Notes under the pieces: generated by a model
What the model saw: only the letters and a program-made list of their open reading frames with translations
What the model was told of the DNA's origin: nothing
The model's database searches: none
In this document: positions 26,412 through 30,176 of the stretch, piece after piece
Numbering within the stretch: position 1 is the first letter of the stretch
Layout of the letters: every line of letters begins with the position of its first letter
Program-made: the position numbers and the translations under genes
Virus record (IMG/VR): IMGVR_UViG_3300025390_000030
Span: 1-30,176 of that record
From: a virus
Lineage: Duplodnaviria; Caudoviricetes
Strand: one strand, 5' to 3'
DNA: 30,176 nt

Positions 26412-26599
26412 TAGATTCCAAAATATCTGTCAATTGCTGATGATGGAATACCGTGATCTACATAATCATTAGCAATATCTCCGCATTTTTCAATGATCAA
26501 CTTGGCGAATTTCTCCGCATCAAAGCTACCCACATCATCAGGATGCCAGGGCTCAGTGCTGGCCTGCCGAAACAATTCTCGAATACGCTCGTTCATCAT
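26411..26599 (-). CDS. small early protein (MNERI..EKFAKLI family)
   Basis: Shares EKFAKLI..C with 27014..27259; AGGAG RBS. Confidence 0.7.
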   Translation of the reverse strand: MMNERIRELFRQASTEPWHPDDVGSFDAEKFAKLIIEKCGDIANDYVDHGIPSSAIDRYFGI

Positions 26600-26811
26600 T
26601 TTGACTCCTGTTTAGATTCTTGCCAATCATGTATTATTCTTGTGATGGTGTCAAGATCAAAGTCCGCAAATCTTTCCACACACTGGGCATCGCCGTAGTA
26701 CTCAATCACCAAGCAGCCGTCTTCAATCAGCATATAGCCACCGTTAATATCTCCAAACGGAACATGGATTGGCATCCGCCAAACATTTTTGTAGACGCTG
26801 GGTCCGCTCAT
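26596..26811 (-). CDS. small hypothetical early protein
   Basis: 71 aa, ATGA overlaps on both sides. Confidence 0.65.
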   Translation of the reverse strand: MSGPSVYKNVWRMPIHVPFGDINGGYMLIEDGCLVIEYYGDAQCVERFADFDLDTITRIIHDWQESKQESK

Positions 26812-27017
26812 GACTCAGGATACTCAACTGGATGATCTGGTGGGAAATCACATTCCAAGGTCTGTGGATCTTTGTAGAGAGGATGACGATAGGTGTGTGC
26901 CCGATCCTCTTCCAACTCCCACACCACCGACGTGCGTTCTGCCAGCTTCTTGTAGTATTCTCCGTTTGTGATCTCGAAGAACACTTCACCGATCTTGACG
27001 TCCTGAAATTTCATCAT
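26808..27017 (-). CDS. small hypothetical early protein
   Basis: 69 aa, MKFQDVKIGEVF start, ATGA overlaps. Confidence 0.65.
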   Translation of the reverse strand: MMKFQDVKIGEVFFEITNGEYYKKLAERTSVVWELEEDRAHTYRHPLYKDPQTLECDFPPDHPVEYPES

Positions 27018-27259
27018 TGAGCTCCAAAATGCAAGTCCAATGCAGTGAGATAGTCATCTGTTCCGTGTGGCCGATTACCGTTGTCAATTGACTGATATAG
27101 CATGGCACACTCCCGCACGATCAACTTGGCGAATTTCTCATCAACTTGCATTTGGCTGAGTGGGTCTAGCGTGGGCGACAAATGGACCAATTCCAACCCA
27201 CGCTCACGAGCGAACCATTCCAGTGCCTGTGTCTTGAGTTCTTGAATTTGGTTGTTCAT
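27014..27259 (-). CDS. small early protein (EKFAKLIVREC family)
   Basis: AGGAG RBS, ATG 27259 and an upstream promoter. Confidence 0.7.
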   Translation of the reverse strand: MNNQIQELKTQALEWFARERGLELVHLSPTLDPLSQMQVDEKFAKLIVRECAMLYQSIDNGNRPHGTDDYLTALDLHFGAQ

Positions 27260-27281
27260 CGCTTTAGCTCCTATGCTCTGG

Positions 27282-27310
27282 AATGTAGCATGAGATAGAC
27301 ACTGTGTCAA
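27282..27310 (-). promoter_or_regulatory. early sigma70-like promoter
   Basis: TTGACA-N17-TACATT with TGC extension. Confidence 0.7.
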
Positions 27311-27322
27311 CCACATGTGGCG

Positions 27323-27520
27323 TCATAAATCAGCACTGTGTCCACATATAGCACATTTCCACACCTTGTCAAGTGTGATGTTTTCATGCGTGATGTAAGG
27401 CTCTGGTCCTCCCAATGACCGTTTTAGCCAATCTGGCGTAGTGGGGTTGATTGCGATTCCGTGAGTCATTTCAACCTCACACCTGGGACATTTCCTAATG
27501 GTCTGTGATTGTGCACACAT
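27323..27520 (-). CDS. small zinc-ribbon protein
   Basis: CPRC...CAICGH. Confidence 0.65.
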   Translation of the reverse strand: MCAQSQTIRKCPRCEVEMTHGIAINPTTPDWLKRSLGGPEPYITHENITLDKVWKCAICGHSADL

Positions 27521-27521
27521 G

Positions 27522-28346
27522 TTATTGGAACTCCGTGGCATCTTTGTTGGAACGAGTCAGATAGGCAGGGCTAATAAACTTGCAAATCTTACGACCATGT
27601 GATGAATGATAGCCACCATCAGCACAAGTAACAACCACACCCTCACGGATATTATCACCGCCAATCATGGTCTTGCCATCACGCACCTTGACAATGGCAT
27701 CAAGGTCAAAAGGACCAGAATACAGCACGGGCAGCATTTCCAATTCCAATTCACGACAAATAATTTCTGCATCACGGCGAGTTAGAAATTGCTTTCCAAT
27801 CTGAACATCAAATACTTGGAACTCGGGTGAATTGGTGCCATACTTCAGGTCCTGAACCAACCCGCCAAAGATTTCTCCATAAATTTTAATCACCGTATTG
27901 CTATGCGTGTTTGATATTGCACGAAGACTGTGTTCAAAGCCATTATCCAGCAACTCACGTAGATTACGGACATAAAGGTTACCATCATTGTTGCTGTTGT
28001 TTTTGAACACCAACCCCTGCTTGCCAAGGCCTTTGCTGCTGACAGTGATATTACCCTGTTCTCCAAACATTTCTGGATGGTTCAGCCCAGGAATATACTG
28101 CATAAGACAGAATGACCCATGTGCTTTTTCCACAGCATTCACACGGGTATTCTCATCAAAGATATCTTGAACACTTTCCCAACGCTCAAAGTCATAGTTG
28201 GTAGCGGCCTCGGAAACATTGGCAACTTCACCAGCCATGGCCACAGGAATTGGCGGAGACCACTTGGTAATGCCAAGGAGGCTAGATACGTCTTGACCTA
28301 ACGTGACCTCAACCGTGGATTTATCTTCTAGTTCAATCACCTGCAT
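27522..28346 (-). CDS. RNA ligase (DRB0094/Rnl2-like), C-terminal adenylyltransferase part
   Basis: LGITKW, EKAHGS (motif I), IYGEIFG, FQVFDV, REGVVV and K.ISPAYL; AAGGA RBS before ATG 28346. Confidence 0.85.
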   Translation of the reverse strand: MQVIELEDKSTVEVTLGQDVSSLLGITKWSPPIPVAMAGEVANVSEAATNYDFERWESVQDIFDENTRVNAVEKAHGSFCLMQYIPGLNHPEMFGEQGNITVSSKGLGKQGLVFKNNSNNDGNLYVRNLRELLDNGFEHSLRAISNTHSNTVIKIYGEIFGGLVQDLKYGTNSPEFQVFDVQIGKQFLTRRDAEIICRELELEMLPVLYSGPFDLDAIVKVRDGKTMIGGDNIREGVVVTCADGGYHSSHGRKICKFISPAYLTRSNKDATEFQ

Positions 28347-29268
28347 CTGGCTTATCCTTTCTTTTTGCAGCTCGAATTTTCGCAATAGTTTGTTCTCGCT
28401 TGGCGAGCCATTTAGCTTTTCGTATTTCCTCAGATTTTGCTTTTTCTTTGGGACTTCTATTCCTAAAGCTCTCGGCACCGCGTTGATAACTTTCTTTTTT
28501 CAACTCAGGGTCTCTAGCTTTGAGAGATGCTGATATTTTTTGGTTGACATCTTCGATCTCATTCTTGGTTCGTTGACGTCTCGACTCGGACAGTTTGATG
28601 GACAAATTCTGCCTATACTCATCAGTTATCGCTCGTTTTCGCTTTTCGGCTATCTCTTTCTTTTTCTCGTCGCTTCTTAATGATACAGTAGATTTGAATT
28701 TATGCAAGGCTTTTTCTTTTATCTCAGGGTTATTTGCCAATGTATTTTTCATTTTTTTGATCATTGACGCTTTGCGTTCATCAGACCACTGTTTTTTAGT
28801 CTCTTTTTGCTTTTTGATCGCCGCGGCATATTTTTCAGGTTGAGCAGATATTGTCTGTTGAGCTTTTTCTAGGGCAATTTGCTTTTCTTCGGGTGTTTTG
28901 TTTTTTAGAGTTTCGCTTATTTTCTTATAGACTTTAGATATCTCTTCTTGCGTTTTGCCGTGCAGATTCCAGCCGCCGCCGCTCTTCCGGGATATATTGT
29001 AACATTTATCCTTATTACCGACTTCACAATCATAGAGAAGATAGTAATCTTCTCTTTCTAATGTAATCAACGGATCATCTACGTCGATGTATTCAAGTAT
29101 AACCCGAGTAAAGTTTTCTGGCTCCAACTTGTATGCTCGTTTGAACCATATCCCGGACCCAATATAACCGTCGTCGGTTGATCCGTGATGTGATCCGATA
29201 TAATATTTTTGATTACGTCTGTTTATCCATTTGTACACAAACCCGTAATAGTTTTTTCGATATTCCAT
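28333..29268 (-). CDS. free-standing GIY-YIG (Seg-like) homing endonuclease
   Basis: GFVYKW..KYYIGSH..GYIGSG, a long Lys-rich helical C-terminus, AT-rich sequence and an AGGAGG RBS. Confidence 0.88.
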   Translation of the reverse strand: MEYRKNYYGFVYKWINRRNQKYYIGSHHGSTDDGYIGSGIWFKRAYKLEPENFTRVILEYIDVDDPLITLEREDYYLLYDCEVGNKDKCYNISRKSGGGWNLHGKTQEEISKVYKKISETLKNKTPEEKQIALEKAQQTISAQPEKYAAAIKKQKETKKQWSDERKASMIKKMKNTLANNPEIKEKALHKFKSTVSLRSDEKKKEIAEKRKRAITDEYRQNLSIKLSESRRQRTKNEIEDVNQKISASLKARDPELKKESYQRGAESFRNRSPKEKAKSEEIRKAKWLAKREQTIAKIRAAKRKDKPDAGD

Positions 29269-29270
29269 GG

Positions 29271-29319
29271 TACCTCCTAACATCGCCTAGTATTTATACC
29301 AGAACAATGTAAGTTGGTA
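29271..29319 (-). promoter_or_regulatory. late promoter TATAAATA (29291-29298) inside a hairpin that covers the RBS
   Basis: TACC-AA-CT-T-ACATTG-T-TCTGGTA[TAAA]TACTAGG-CGATGT-T-AG-GA-GGTA. Confidence 0.7.
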
Positions 29320-29321
29320 AT

Positions 29322-29657
29322 TTACCCAAGATTTTTCACCGGATATAAAACACCTTCCGAAAAAATACCACGCAACTTTAGTGGCTTAACGCGGTTGCCA
29401 TCGCTGCCAGACAACATACCCTTGCCGGTTTCCTCATTCCAGAAATCCATCTCCTTGAGCAGCCATTCAGGCAACAACGCAGCACTGGGAATGTAAACAA
29501 CGAAATCCCCCACATTGTATCGTGGACTACCGTCTTCCAACTTGGCGGAAATACAAACCCAGCCCAAACCTTCCAACTTTACAATGGAAAGTCGGTCAGC
29601 ATTGGGGTGATCCTCAACAGATGCTACGCGGCAAACTGGAACAGAAAACCTACTCAT
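29322..29657 (-). CDS. RNA ligase (DRB0094-like), N-terminal part
   Basis: HPNADRL, GDFVVYIP and RVKPLKLRGIFSEG; GGAGAG RBS. Confidence 0.85.
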   Translation of the reverse strand: MSRFSVPVCRVASVEDHPNADRLSIVKLEGLGWVCISAKLEDGSPRYNVGDFVVYIPSAALLPEWLLKEMDFWNEETGKGMLSGSDGNRVKPLKLRGIFSEGVLYPVKNLG

Positions 29658-29678
29658 GACTCACTCTCCTCCGGAAGA

Positions 29679-29782
29679 TTAATCATTTTGACCAAATAGT
29701 CTATAATAGCCATCAACGGTGGCCGTATCAGCTACCCAGACACTGCCATTGGGATGCCGGTGAGCTGCAACAGGGCCTTTAC
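29679..29782 (-). pseudogene. gene fragment interrupted by tnpB element copy 2
   Basis: KGPVAAHRHPNGSVWVADTATV frame begins at the IS boundary. Confidence 0.45.
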
Positions 29783-30176
29783 CAGCAGCGTTAGCTGCGT
29801 TGAGCGGAAAGCCGCGACAGCTTGCTGCGCGGATGGATAGCGAGCCGCATAAATAGCTGCATGAAGCTGCGTTACAAATATAGGATCTATCCCACGCCCA
29901 GTCAAGCACAGCGGATGATTTCTGTGGGCGGATCAGTGCGATTCCTATACAACCACTTCCTGAAGGTCAACGTTGATGAATATGCAGCAACCAAGAAGTT
30001 TGTGTGGTATGCAGACATGTGTCGGCAGTTGGTTGAGCTGAAGAAAACACTGCCCTGGCTATCTGAGACCTATAGCCAAGTGCAGCAGCAGAGTCTCAGG
30101 GACTTGGATTGTGCACTCAAGAACATGAAGAAAACAGGGGCGGGATTTCCCCAGTTCAAATCTAAATATACTACAC
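29783..30176 (+). mobile_element. IS200/IS605-family tnpB element, copy 2 (runs off the window)
   Basis: Left end nearly identical to 20940-21017; inserted after TTTAC. Confidence 0.88.
29861..30176 (+). CDS. tnpB: TnpB, 5' part (truncated by the window edge)
   Basis: Open frame MKLRYKYRIYPTPSQ..., highly similar to copy 1. Confidence 0.9.
   Translation, partial: MKLRYKYRIYPTPSQAQRMISVGGSVRFLYNHFLKVNVDEYAATKKFVWYADMCRQLVELKKTLPWLSETYSQVQQQSLRDLDCALKNMKKTGAGFPQFKSKYTT

Larger units (their letters stand above)
25959..27311. repeat. imperfect direct repeat of about 98 bp (25959-26056 and 27213-27311)
   Basis: Promoter, RBS and about the first 15 codons are duplicated. Confidence 0.85.

Noticed and set aside
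28347-28478. N-terminal extension of the ligase C-half given in the ORF track
   Set aside because: It overlaps the endonuclease coding region; ATG 28346 has an RBS and marks where ligase-like sequence begins.
28333-29321. Group I intron carrying the GIY-YIG ORF
   Set aside because: Only 53 nt of non-coding sequence lie upstream and none downstream. The downstream half has its own RBS and ATG.
1-30176. Alternative genetic code, tRNA or rRNA genes
   Set aside because: Core genes are full length in the standard code, and no cloverleaf or rRNA signatures were recognised by eye.

Overview
A 30-kb segment of a large T4-like (myovirus/jumbo-type) phage genome. The alphaproteobacterial-type DnaK suggests an alphaproteobacterial host (inference). 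Left to right it holds three paralogous MGRP-family virion fibre/decoration genes, then a minus-strand recombination block: a glutaredoxin-like protein without CxxC, UvsW, an AAA ATPase, UvsY, UvsX/RecA and a gp32 SSB. A head/packaging block follows (large terminase, head-internal proteins, putative small terminase, gp4, tail-tube-fold protein). The right part carries DnaK, cyclophilin, a radical SAM pair, small early genes and an RNA ligase. Selfish elements are dense. (1) uvsX is fractured in its P-loop by an atypically split intein (15-aa IntN, 132-aa IntC), with a remnant of a Vsr-like endonuclease between the halves. (2) The terminase carries an Ala-start class 3 intein with a degenerate LAGLIDADG domain. 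(3) The RNA ligase is split into two ORFs by a free-standing GIY-YIG endonuclease with no intron or intein; a late promoter sits in the loop of a hairpin that covers its RBS. (4) Two IS605-family tnpB elements (no tnpA seen) carry a phage late-promoter motif, and one is inserted exactly at a late promoter. All calls come from reading motifs; no searches were run.
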